Shown here piece by piece: positions 39,501-51,515 of a stretch of DNA of 64,000 nucleotides. Position 1 is the stretch's first letter; the number at the start of each line of letters is the position of its first letter. Source of the DNA: Ptychomitrium polyphyllum (lineage: Eukaryota); NCBI GenBank assembly GCA_973851085.1, contig OZ316776.1, positions 11,842,001-11,906,000 of the forward strand, given 5' to 3'. Under the pieces are notes generated by a model, which made no database searches, was not told the DNA's origin, and saw only the letters and a list, made by a program, of their open reading frames with translations. The position numbers and the translations under genes are program-made.

Positions 39501-41081
39501 ATGGAGACGCACGATGAGGTAGAGCAGTTTCAATGCATCATCTGTTTGGATCTTGTTTACAAGCCCATAGTGCACGCATGCGGCCACCTTTTTTGCTTTT
39601 GGTGTGTGCACAGGGCCATGGACGGTGCCTACAAGAACCTTTGCCCTCTCTGCCGCCGACCTTATATGCATTTCCCTCGAATCTGTGAACAGCTTCACTT
39701 CGTCCTGCTCAAAGTTGTGCACGACAAGTATCTCATTCGAGCTAAAGAGATCCAGGTGGAGGAAGCTCAGGCAGGTATCTTCTCTCCTAAGATTCACGCT
39801 CAACCGCCCCGTAGCAGAAGCATGCCCCTTGATATTACCATGGAAGGTACTCCTGCAGAGAACACCTCCGAAGAAGCATCTTCTACGGGCACTAAGACGG
39901 TTTCTTCTTCCAACCCGGGTTCCGAGCGTGGGAGTGTCTGCCCCTCGAACTGCTCCAGCAGCAACATCGAAGACCATAGCCCTAATTCTTCAAAAGGGGC
40001 AGATTTCATGGTTTCTTTTAAAGGCAAAGCTCCTATGCCTGATGAAGAAGAAACAGTTGCTGGAGGTCAAGAATTGGTCGCGAAAACCGAGAATTTAGAT
40101 ACCTCAATCCCAGATCTTACAGTGACAATTGTGGACCTGACCTGCGTACATTGCGGTAACCTTCTTTACCGGCCGGTGGTGTTGAATTGCGGCCATATGT
40201 TTTGCGAGCATTGCGTGGTGGTTGGTGATGACGAATCCGTGAGCTGTCCATCGTGTAAAGCAGAGCATCCTGGGATGTTTCCGCAGGTGTGCTTAGAGCT
40301 TCATCATTACATAGATAGGGTTTTCCCTCTGGAGTATGCGCAACGTTCTCTCCAAGTTGCTGCTGACAAAAGCGAACATCGAGACAACAGACCGCAGTTG
40401 CCGCCGTCAGAGCCACAAGATTCTTTGTTGAAGGGACGCATTAGGAAAACCCTTCCTGGACCAATACACCGCGCGGTTGGTTGCGACGGCTGCGGAATGA
40501 TGCCGATCGTTGGGAAACGTTTTCAGTGCCAGTGTTGTCCCGAGGCTATTGGCTTTGATTTGTGTGGCAAATGCCACGAATCCGGATGCGTCGTCGGCAG
40601 GTTCAACCAGCGTCACACACCAGAGCACCGCATGGTAGAGGTCAAACTTCCAAGCCGTGGCAGCATCACGAAGCAGTTCTTGGACGTGATGGCGAGCCGA
40701 AACCTCAACATTATGGACCTCCGAGTCATCTCCAACGACTGCAACGAAGCCGAGGCACTTCAAGTCCTCCTCATGCAGCACGGAATCGGCAGCTTTAGTG
40801 ATAGTCCGCAAGGGAACGGCGCGAGCGGCTTGGAAACCCTAACCTCCGAACAAGCTACGCCATCTGCAGACGGTGTTGTTGAAGACGGCGGTCACGTTGT
40901 AGAAGATGGCGTTTATGAGGCAGAGTATGTTATGCAAGACGGCTATGATCATCACGAAGCTTTCATGCACAGCCACGGCGGAGACGGGGAGTTCGACGAG
41001 CACGACGCTGAAGAAGAATTCGAGGCTTTTAGCCGCGACGACGAGGACATAGATTTTTTTCGCGTTGTTTTCCACTCATGA
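39501..41081 (+). CDS. PRT1: PROTEOLYSIS 1-like N-degron E3 ubiquitin ligase (RING-RING-ZZ), 526 aa
   Basis: RING1 CIICLDLVYKPIVHACGHLFCFWCVH...CPLC; RING2 CVHCGNLLYRPVVLNCGHMFCEHC...CPSC; ZZ VGCDGCGMMPIVGKRFQCQCCPEAIGFDLCGKC...GRFNQRHTPEH; acidic tail. Single-exon CDS. Confidence 0.93.
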   Translation: METHDEVEQFQCIICLDLVYKPIVHACGHLFCFWCVHRAMDGAYKNLCPLCRRPYMHFPRICEQLHFVLLKVVHDKYLIRAKEIQVEEAQAGIFSPKIHAQPPRSRSMPLDITMEGTPAENTSEEASSTGTKTVSSSNPGSERGSVCPSNCSSSNIEDHSPNSSKGADFMVSFKGKAPMPDEEETVAGGQELVAKTENLDTSIPDLTVTIVDLTCVHCGNLLYRPVVLNCGHMFCEHCVVVGDDESVSCPSCKAEHPGMFPQVCLELHHYIDRVFPLEYAQRSLQVAADKSEHRDNRPQLPPSEPQDSLLKGRIRKTLPGPIHRAVGCDGCGMMPIVGKRFQCQCCPEAIGFDLCGKCHESGCVVGRFNQRHTPEHRMVEVKLPSRGSITKQFLDVMASRNLNIMDLRVISNDCNEAEALQVLLMQHGIGSFSDSPQGNGASGLETLTSEQATPSADGVVEDGGHVVEDGVYEAEYVMQDGYDHHEAFMHSHGGDGEFDEHDAEEEFEAFSRDDEDIDFFRVVFHS

Positions 41082-42256
41082 CGTGATCGCACTTCCTCGC
41101 TACCTTGTTCGCTATTTAGATGATGTACATAGTATATGCTTCAGGAATCTAAAGTTATCTGAGCTCCGGCTAAGCTCAGTCCCTCTGGAGTGTTGATGAT
41201 TTTCTCCAGGGACTGTATCAATGAAATGCGTGGATTTTGTCTGTCCTTTTGCATTGTTCCTATACTTGGCAAGTTATTGTGTTTTTTCAATTTGTTTTTC
41301 ATTAGAAATGTATCTTGGATGCGCATGATGCGCCAGCGAAATGGGGGTGGCCAGAGAATTTGATAGGAAAAAGGTTTGATCAAAAGAAAGTTTCTGGTTT
41401 TTAAAAGGCTTCCAATTGCACATCATGTTGCGAGCGGGAAGTAATCGAGACCTGAATTCAGTTAATATGGTAGAATCCTAGAGTCTGGCGGTGAACGAGA
41501 CATCATTATTGCAAGACACCGAACACCTCGAATAGCCAAAATAACGAGATCGGTTAGTTTTGCATTTCCGACATAAACAACGGCTGAACCCCCTGGATTC
41601 TAACTAACATGATTGAAGACTTTAGTTTTGTTTCAGACATTAGGAACAATGACTTTGCCCAACTTAAATGAAGAGGTTAGCAGCCTCCTTTTGGGGTAAA
41701 CTTATTGTTTCTGAGTTTCAAAGCTATCAAAGCTGGACTAAGGGAATGAGGATGTAAGCACTCATTATTAGAATCACCTCCATGGTAATTCCATTCTTCA
41801 ATCTCACATTAATTCTGATAGATACTTCTACAAGTATAATATACTTGTAAAATATAATAAAACATCATTTCATGTTTTTTATAATAAAAATGATTCTAAT
41901 CATTGGTTGAATTTTCCAAAAAAACTATATTTTTTTGGTAAATTTTTATTCAAAATTGGAATATAAAATACTAATATAAAGCACATTATACCTATATTAG
42001 TTCAAGTACAAGTACAAATTTTGGAAAATTTTTCACACTTGAATCTATTATGACTTACACTTTATTTTATTCCAAAGTATTCTTCGAATAAACCATGTAG
42101 TTTGAAAAATGACTTTAGTTATAAGAAATTTGTAATGTATTAGATAACTTGAATAACTAATACAATCTTCCTAGTTGGTGCCAATAAACATAAGGACATA
42201 CAAGGTATATAAGACATTCAAAACATAATCATTAGATTAGTATATCTCACTAAACT

Positions 42257-43419
42257 TGTCGCAACCCTTGTAATGCACCTTAACAAATGTCACGCGCGTC
42301 AACCTTGTATACCCCTACATGCACATGGTTAACCTCTATTTCTACTCTCCAAATCCCAAGCTTGGTTTCCAATTCCTTTTACCATTTCTCTTAGGACATC
42401 CAATTGATTGGTAGCAAATGGTTACGTGCGGACTTCCATTCATGTCCAAGGCCTCACTTGGTGTTACTCCCATTCCACACGGCCTAACCGCACTTAGTGG
42501 TGTCTTTTCATCACCACTCATGATCCCCATGTGATCCTAAGATCACCTCGGGCCATCATGGTACCAACATGAAGACACCATCCCAACTTAGTGATAACAA
42601 ACGTGCCCTCTTGATCTCACTAATTCCCTTTGTGAAACCGGTCATCCACCGGCTTACAATGGTGTGGAAATCCCCGTGGTGAAGCCTCAACACTAGCTCC
42701 ACTAACCGGGACTTATCCTTGGTTCCTACCGGGACACTAGGGGAGTGGGGAGGGGGACCAGCCCTCCCCTATAGTACTCTCTGTGGGATTCAGTAGGTCC
42801 CCTGGCCCTCTGTAGCTGGCTGAACCCCGACACCCTCAAACTATTGGAAGACCACCCGATCTCCTTTGGGACTTAGCCGCTGGAAGCATCCGGAAGTCCC
42901 TGCGGACCTTCAGGGAGCCATATCTTCCACGTCCGGTGCCCGAATCTATCAAACAACCACTTTATCGTCATTTACACTTTGCGTAGATGTCGATAAACTC
43001 CTCAAACATCTAATTTAACTTAGTATTGTGGAAGATACGCCTCTCCCAAGTTTTGGGACTCCCGGGAGTCTTTCCCTGGACTGTCCAGTCCAGTACAGTC
43101 ACTGTGTAGGGCTGCCACAGTCCAGAACAACCCCTTGGCAACTCCAACTTTGGGATGCCATATCTTTTAGCTCCCTTGTCCAATTTGAGCAATCTTTAAC
43201 ATTCTAGAATCAACTCTTCGTGATTCCTCCAATGCCTATGATTTATCCCTTGTGGTCCTCGGTCTATATGGGCAAGGATGTTTTTCCCTCTCGGGATCCT
43301 TCCCACACTAGGCCCACTCAGTTCCCCTCACTATCGGCGCCACAAGTCCCGGACGTCACTCCGGGATCCTCTTTGTGCCCTTAGTGTTGTGGGCACTCCT
43401 CAAGGAGAGGTGCGCGACA
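42257..43419 (-). mobile_element. Solo LTR of an LTR retrotransposon (copy 1, 1163 bp)
   Basis: Termini TGTCGC...GCGACA; flanks AAACT/AGACT form a 5-bp TSD with one mismatch; colinear with 55279-56361; orientation inferred from a TATA-like motif on the minus strand. Confidence 0.88.
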
Positions 43420-46400
43420 AGACTAGTGTATTTCACTCATCTTTAAGAGCTATACAATAGCATTCCTTAGACAACAGTGCGGTTTTCTAAAATCTTAGTC
43501 TTATTATGGATTTTACAATACCAAAAACACAACTGTCAATAAATGATAAGGCATTTTTTTTTGTTCTTTCATTGCCCGTCTTACTCCTTTGACAATGCTT
43601 TGCTCATCATTACAATCCTTCTACTCATTGCTACAGTTCTTCTACTCATAGTTTCCTTCCTCATTACAAATTCTCTTGGAAATGCTTGCCATTATCATTG
43701 CAAGCGCCCTTCCTCACGATCACACTTATTGATGTCTATCTTGGCTGAAATGCCTCACAATACCCACCTTTGTTTATCTTCACCACCCTATGTGTGCTTC
43801 AATTTTGCTTCATCCTCTAATTTAGTATATAATTAATGTTTCTATGTTTTGTGTTCTGTAGGTGATACATATTGCTTTGCTTTAGATGTTGTGTGGTGCA
43901 AGTGTGATTGTGTATGGTGTTAGGCTAAGTTTATTTTCAAGAAAGAAGCACAACAACGTAGGTAACTGAGATTTAGAAATATAGGACTTGTTTGAAACTT
44001 CAAGTGCGCTTAAAATCTCATCATAACAAATGTGTGGAAATCCTCTCTTTTGGAGTATCCTTGATGGTTTGAAGATGTGGTTGTTGGAGTGTGATTGTTG
44101 TAATATTTTGTGATGCATGTTGCACTCTTTTGTTTACGGTCTTGTATTGTACATTATGTATTATATATTGGCTTTAGTATTATACACTGTTGATGTTTTT
44201 GTGCTTTGAAGCCAAGATATGTGTTGCTAATGATATCCCTCTATGGTAGGTCTTGTTGTAGGTGACAATTTATGGTGTATTGGAGAGTTTGGCATCTAAA
44301 TTTAAGTTAATAACCAGTACACCATGAAATTGTCAATTCATAAAGATACATGTTAATATGAACTTCATGAATTTGCGAGATGGCAGGAATTGTGTATTAC
44401 AACGCTAGCATACTTATCTAAGATTTATAAGATGTATCTATTAGAATTGTGGGATAAATTTGTCAGTTGTAATACTCATAGCAACATGTAGAGGGTGATG
44501 ATTTATGCACTTTGAGATAGATGAGATAAGTAAGTAGGAAGGACCAAAAAAAAAGGAAGATTGCTAAGATTGCAATCATTGTACGTAAAGGAGGGTTGAT
44601 ATATAGGTAGGTTTGAATGGAATAAATTATTGTTGTAAAAGTTATTTGGAAAATTAACAAATAATTAACATTATTTGAAAACAATGTTAGTTTTTTATTA
44701 TCATTTTTTTTACACTGATTTATAAATGTATATTGAAATGATTATAAGGATTGATTCATGTATTAATAGTGAATTTTAAAATAAGGGTAGTAATTTGATG
44801 TGATTAACTTATGTTATGACAATTGAAGCAATTCATTATCACTTTGTAAAACACAAAACCTTATAAAACATAAAACCAACAATGAATGATGGTGAGGGCT
44901 TATAATATTGAATCTAATTTGGCAACTTGATGACCAAATTCTTTCATTTATTTGTGAATAAGGTTTTGATAATGAAATAATACCTTTGAATGAAAGAATG
45001 AGAGAATACAAAAGGATAATTAAAAAATGTAATATGACATTTGGTGCACAAAATAAATACCTTATTAGTTATACTCATAATGTAAAAAAGCATGAATACT
45101 TTTAAATTTCAATTTTATAGCACTTTATATCTATAATACAAAGTCGTACACATTATGGCTAAAAAATATTATTTAGGTAATAAAATCATTCATTCAATTT
45201 TTTTGTAATTACTCCCTATTATGATAAAGTTTGAAAGTAATTAGGCTTAGATTATGTGTCGTTTATTTAAAAAAGAGTTGTAGCAAGGATTTCAAGAATT
45301 TAAGCAAGTATTTTTATCTAAGCAATTATATATACCAATAAAAATTATCTTACAAAAATTCATAATTGCAATTTATTGGCCTCATTTGGACATAAATTAG
45401 TAAAATATCAATCATATGTGCAACCTTCAATGGTTTAAAATTTGCACATATGATTGTTGTGTAGAGAGCAATCATGACAAATTAAGCTTTTATATTCTTA
45501 CATTTAAATCATAAATAACGTCTATATCTAATATAAGAATATGAAAAAACATTCCTAATTAAAAAGTTCTTATCTTTATTATGATACCTTTTATAATATC
45601 TTTTAGAAGTACACACTATTAAAAAAGATTTAGATATCATAAAAACACATATTCAATATAAGAACACACCATCTTATGAACTACAAACATAATACTTATT
45701 CTTAAAATCCCAAATTTTCTTCAAAGCTAAGATTTAATCTTATCAAAGTTTTAAATAGCCATAAAAATCTAAATCTACATTCACGGCAATCATGGACCAA
45801 TATCCTTCCAACAGTCCTTTGAAGCAAGCGTGGCTTGAACTTTGAAAGCTCCGAACGCCCGTCCATCGGTCGCCGTACGGTAGGATGACGGCGCTCACAA
45901 TTGTCAACGAAGTTGAGAATCGCCGTCGCTATGGCGAACGACGTTCACATTGGGCTCGTTTGTGTTTGAGAGTTGAGGAGCTGAGTATGGCAGAGAGGCT
46001 TCGGCTGTACTGGCGATGGCGATGGCGATGGCGCTCGCGTTGGCGATTTAGCAACGGGCTTCAGCGCTTTCGCACAGCAGGCTACGTTCGTGTACGGCGA
46101 TCGCTCCCGATACGAGGAGCAGCGGAAACTTCAACCTCGCCGTTGAATCTCACCTTCTCAGGCAACTAGAGGTGCAGATGCGGAGCAGTTTAGCTCTGTG
46201 CGCGGGAATTAGGGTTTAGACAACAAGAGAGGTACGGTTTCTTTATAATCCTTTGGTATTTCATGTGAAATTGTTGATATTTCTCAAGGTAATCATCATC
46301 TAGCAAAACCTGGAACCTATGTATGCTTGATTTTTTCATTCTCAGGTTTTAAGGTTTTAGCGATGGAGGAGAAGCTTCGACGTGCTTGTGAACAGGTTTT

Positions 46401-46592
46401 GTAGCGCTGTGAATCGTGAGGAGGTTGGGCTCTTGCATGTGGCGGTTATGTTTATTTATTAATTTCTCCAGTTAAGTTCTTTGTTTCGGAATTGGTTTTT
46501 TGAGGTGCAAGTGAAGTTAGGGTTGGTAGTGTTATTCTTCTAGCGTCTCCGCTGCTGAGGATTTGAATTGTCTTTGCCAGGAATTGGAAAGG

Positions 46593-49500
46593 ATGTCGAA
46601 GCGGAAGTTTGGATTCGAGGGATTCGGGATCAACAAGAAACCGAGCTATGAGTTTGAGGCGCAACCTGCCAAGCCGCGGCTCTACCTACCGTCCCCTCCA
46701 CGGAACAGGCGCTCTGACAATGTAGAAGACCATGACTTAGATAACATTGGATATGAAGAAGATGAGCGCGACTTCGAGAATTTCATGCACAGGGCTCAAG
46801 TCAAGGACTCGAGGAGCGGTGAAGGTGCGAGGGGAGCTTTGAGCAAGTCGGTGAAGGAGAAGGGGAAGAAGGATGAGTCGTGGTTTGGTAGCGATGACGA
46901 TGATGACAAAAAGAATGCAGGGGGTAGCGCAGCGGTCGAGGACGAGGAAGTGGATCCACTTGATGCGTTCATGGAAGGCATTCACGAGGAGGTTTGTATT
47001 ATTTCCTATCATGGTTGTGTGCGATAGTTTAGTTCACATTTTCAAAGTATGAGAAGTTACAGAGCGATGTTACAGTCAGCCTTTCTAATAGTTACTTAAT
47101 TTCCATGACAGAACGACAGGATTGCGAGATTCTGAAATTGATGAGACAATCAGTTCAGCTGCTTTTGACAGCTGAAGTAGAGGATTAGTTCGTGTTCATA
47201 CTTTTATGTTGTTCGATTTTCCTCTCGCATTCAAGTGTAAACACAATTACTTGTACTCCGCGAAATTGGTAGCAAATATCAGTGCATTGTCACCTTCTAA
47301 ATTTCTGGTCCTCAGTCATTAAGATTGCGGTGTTCAGCTCTTACAAGATTTTCTGTTGTCGTTGAATCATTCACTTCCTATGTGGATTCTTTCTTTTCAC
47401 AGTAACATTTGCGTCTCTCTAATTAATGATTGCAATTGATCGCTCCCGAGGCAGTTTATCATATCACCTATTAGTCTAGTATCCGAGTCAACTTGACCAT
47501 GTGTGAATATCTGATCTCTGGACCAGCTGAAACGTAGAGAACTTATGAATTTTAATCTGAATTCTGTAGGTGAAGAAGGCACCCGTGAAGCCCAGAGCTG
47601 TAGTTGAAGAGCTGGAAGATACTGAGGATGATCCAATGGAAAGTTTCATTAAGGCTCGGCGGGACGCAGGGCTCTCATTGGCTGCTGAAGCCTTGCATGC
47701 TGGTTACGACAGCGATGAAGAGGTTTACGCGGCTGCAAAGGCAGTTGACAATGGACAGATCGAGTATGACTCTGATGATAATGCAGTTGTTACTTTGGAC
47801 AAAAAGAAGATCGAGTCCCTTGCTCCGTTAGACCACAGTGATCTTGATTATGACATATATACAAAGGATTTTTATGAAGAATCTGCTCTGATTTCCGGTA
47901 AGCTGTTCTTACTGTCATGCTTATGGCACCAATATTTAGTAGGTTGCAAACTCCACTTTGATTAAGGTATTTTATTAGTAGATTACTTGGGATTGAACGG
48001 CCTTGCTTTGTAGTGATAATTGAATTTCCTTCTTGCCTTTTTGTTTTACAATGCCTTTTTTGTTTTTTAATTCAGGTATGTCTGAAGAGGAAGTAGCAGA
48101 ATATCGTAAATCAATTGCGATCAGAGTGTTTGGATTTGATGTTGCGAGACCTGTCAAGACTTTTGAAGATCTGAGCTTTGACTCCTCCCTAATGAGTGCA
48201 ATTGCAAAGCAAGGTTATGAAAGACCGACTCCAATTCAATGCCAAGCTTGTCCAATAGTATTGTCTGGTCGAGACTTGATAGGAATTGCTAAGACAGGAT
48301 CGGGAAAGACCGCAGCCTTTGTCGTCCCAATGATGGTACACATCATGGATCAACCAGAGCTCGGGAAGGGTGAAGGTCCAATTGGTATTATTTGTGCTCC
48401 AACACGTGAGCTTGCTCAACAAATCTACTCTGAGGCTAAAAAGTTTGCCAAGGTCTATGGTATCAGAATTTCAGGAGTTTATGGAGGGATGTCCAAATTT
48501 GAGCAATTTAAAGAGTTGAAGGCTGGATGTGAGGTAGTAGTTGCAACCCCTGGGCGCTTGATAGACATGATCAAAATGAAAGCGTTAAAAATGCATCGAG
48601 CGACCTATCTTGTGCTCGATGAAGCCGATCGTATGTTTGATTTGGGATTTGAACCTCAGATCCGGTCCATCGTCGGCCAGATCAGGCCTGATCGCCAGAC
48701 GTTACTATTTTCTGCAACGATGCCTAAGCGAGTAGAGCGTCTTGCTCGAGAGATCCTGACAGATCCAATCAGGGTCACAATTGGTGAAGTTGGAAGTGCA
48801 AATGAAGACATTACTCAGGTCAGTGGTTCTCGTCACACTATCTGTAAACTTGTTGGCGGCTGTTTATTTAGTTATCATACTAATGCATATCCTAATATCT
48901 CAGCGCCTGGTCGATGATCCAACCGTGAAATTCTGTTATAATTGCGGCACGCTTAAAAATTGAGTAGTTTTCTTGGTAGTGTTGCACAAGCAATTTGTTA
49001 CCTCAAATACAATCTACTCACACTTGTCTTTTGTGAGTTATTTGCGATGTTTACCTAGAATATCTAGTCTTACTAAGCGCCGACAAGCTTGCAAATCTCA
49101 TTTTAACTTTCGGCAAACTTGTATATTAAACTCAGGTGGTCAGTGTTTTCCCTTCCGATGCCGAGAAAATTCCTTGGTTGCTCGATAGGCTGCAAACTTT
49201 TGTAGATGATGGAGATGTTCTAGTATTTGCGTCAACGAAGTTGAGGGTGGAAGAGCTAGAAGGAAAGATATCAGAAAAGGGCTTCAAAGTTGCTGCTCTG
49301 CATGGAGACAAGGACCAGGCTACAAGAATGGAAGTTTTGCAGAAATTCAAGAACGGAATATATCACATTCTTGTGGCAACAGATGTAGCAGCCCGTGGTT
49401 TAGATATTAAGTCTATCAAAACGGTTGTGAATGCTGATATTGCTAGAGATATGGACAGCCATGTGCACCGAATTGGACGTACAGGAAGAGCTGGTGATAA

Positions 49501-51515
49501 AGATGGGGTGGCTCATACACTTGTGACCGGAAAGGAAGCTCGGTTTGCTGGTGAGCTTGTTACAAGCCTCATAGCTGCAGGGCAGAATGTTCCCACAGAG
49601 CTAATGGACCTCGCCATGAAGGTTAGTTACTTACTCTTTTCGCTTTGTTGTACTCTAAACTGCTTCCGCTTCTTGAATATGATTCACTATATGAAATAAT
49701 TTGGACTTGGTTATGCTCGTTGTGTTCAAAGAAGTGCTAAGAATGCATTGCTATTGCTGTCAAAGACGAGTATATAAATGACTTACGCTCTGTGAAACTG
49801 TGTTAGAGCTTTTAGACCTCTACACCACTTCTGTGCTACCATAATGGTCTGCGTATAAGCTCTGTCTTGTTGCTGCTGGCACTAAAACCTAGTATATCTT
49901 CACATCTCTTTCCCTGTTTTATAGGATGGTCGTTATCGTTCTCAACGTGAAGGACGTCATAAGGGTGGGGGAGGAGGTGGAGGTGGAGGAGGTGGGGGAG
50001 GGGGTGGAGGGGGTAATTCTTCAAACTCAGTCATGCACTTGACCAAATGCTTGGGCAATTTTGCAACTTGGGCAGTTTTATATCTCTGTGGAAGACTTAA
50101 AGTGCTTTTTAGTGTTCAATGCAGTCAACATTGAATTTTATAGTTAGTCATTCCTCTTTTATTCTTCAGTTTAACCTATTCTGGGTCATGTTTTTGTAAA
50201 TTTTGGGGACTCTTTCAGTCGCACTTACCTGGAAGTTGCACGTGCAGGGAAAGGGAGAGGTCGTGGTGGAGGGCAGGGGAAAGGTGGGCGAGGTGGAGGC
50301 GGAGGTCGTAATGTGCGAGGTGTCGACTTTGGTTTAGGTATTGGTTATAGTGCGGATGCTGCGAATACAACTCCAGGTGCACCCCAAGAAAAAGCGCCTA
50401 AGGTTCAGTATAAAAGAGAAGTTCAAGCACGAGGGTCTGTTGTTGATTCTCTGAAACTAGGAATGATGGCTCGATTCAAAAATAGCTTTGTTGCAGCTAA
50501 TACGGCCAACTCTGTAGGCTATACGCCACCTCAAGCTAATACTCCACAAGGGCGTGTTTATGGTGCTCCACCAAACGTTAACGGGAGGGGTCGCGGGAAT
50601 TTTGTGTCTGCAGGTACTTTTGCCTACAATGGTCACTTTTGAGGCATAAACAGAAATTATTGGTGTTGGAGGAGCAATCTTGTAGCATTTCTGTTGTAGT
50701 CAAGTATTTTCTGGCACTTTCCAAGGTTCGTGAGGCCTTGCTCTGGGTTTTAAGAACACGTTCTAAATATCCATTTCAGAAGTGCATGGCTCATACTGCG
50801 GTGTATGTTGCAGGTATTGGTTTTGGATCTCAATCTGGGTCCGGATTCACGTCAGGAAGCTCTTCAGCTCATACATTAGGGGATTTTCAAGGTGGGGAGG
50901 CCACAGGGAGGCAAGATCCAAGTTCAGGAGCTTTGAATGCAGGATCTTCCCAACCAGCTGCTGGTAATGCTGGAGCTGAGAGAACAGGAGATAGAGGAAG
51001 GGACAGGTCAAGGTGGGACAGGGATAGGGATCAGAGCACGAATAATCAAGAAAAGCCTCGAGAAGCAAGTAGCCACGAAGAGCACAGGCAAGGTTATCAG
51101 CCTGATGGGTATGTTCAAATCCCGTATGAGAGTTTCATGTTGCAGAGTATGTGAGCAAATAGTAAGCATTCTTGGCAGCTTTATTTGCGGACGTCTATGG
51201 TAGCGCATGCATTCCCATCAACATGTGCTTAGTCGCAATTTTTTCTAGTACTTCACCGTGTCCTGAGACCTAGTCAAATAGCGGTGAGAGGATTTTTTTC
51301 TACGAACTGTATTGCATAGTCCAAAAACTGTACATCAATCTTATTAACAACCACCTTCCTTTGTAAATGAGAGTTATTCAAATCAGTGAAATTTATACTT
51401 GCAATTTCATATTCTGTGACCAAGTTCTGTGATATCTGATTTTTAACTTACGTTGCTTTGTATGCACAGGGAGAAGACCAGGCAGAGGCGGCGCCCCTCA
51501 GGTTGGGATCGGTAA
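46593..51515 (+). CDS. DDX42: DEAD-box RNA helicase DDX42/RH24 (spliceosomal, SF3b125-like), ~916 aa
   Basis: Exons 46593-46991, 47570-47897, 48076-48818, 49136-49621, 49925-50012, 50248-50613, 50814-51108, 51470-51515. Q motif PTPIQ, AKTGSGKT, PTRELA, DEAD, SAT, HRIGRTGR; plant RH24-type termini MSKRKFGFEGFGIN and RRPSGWDR. Confidence 0.93.

Noticed and set aside
39417..41075. Long antisense and alternative-frame ORFs over PRT1
   Set aside because: Expected shadows of a GC-rich coding strand; no recognisable domains
42342..42530. Paralogous small ORFs MGIMSGDEKTP... and MGIMCGGEETP... (55190-55471)
   Set aside because: Both begin inside the two LTR copies; their similarity just reflects the repeat
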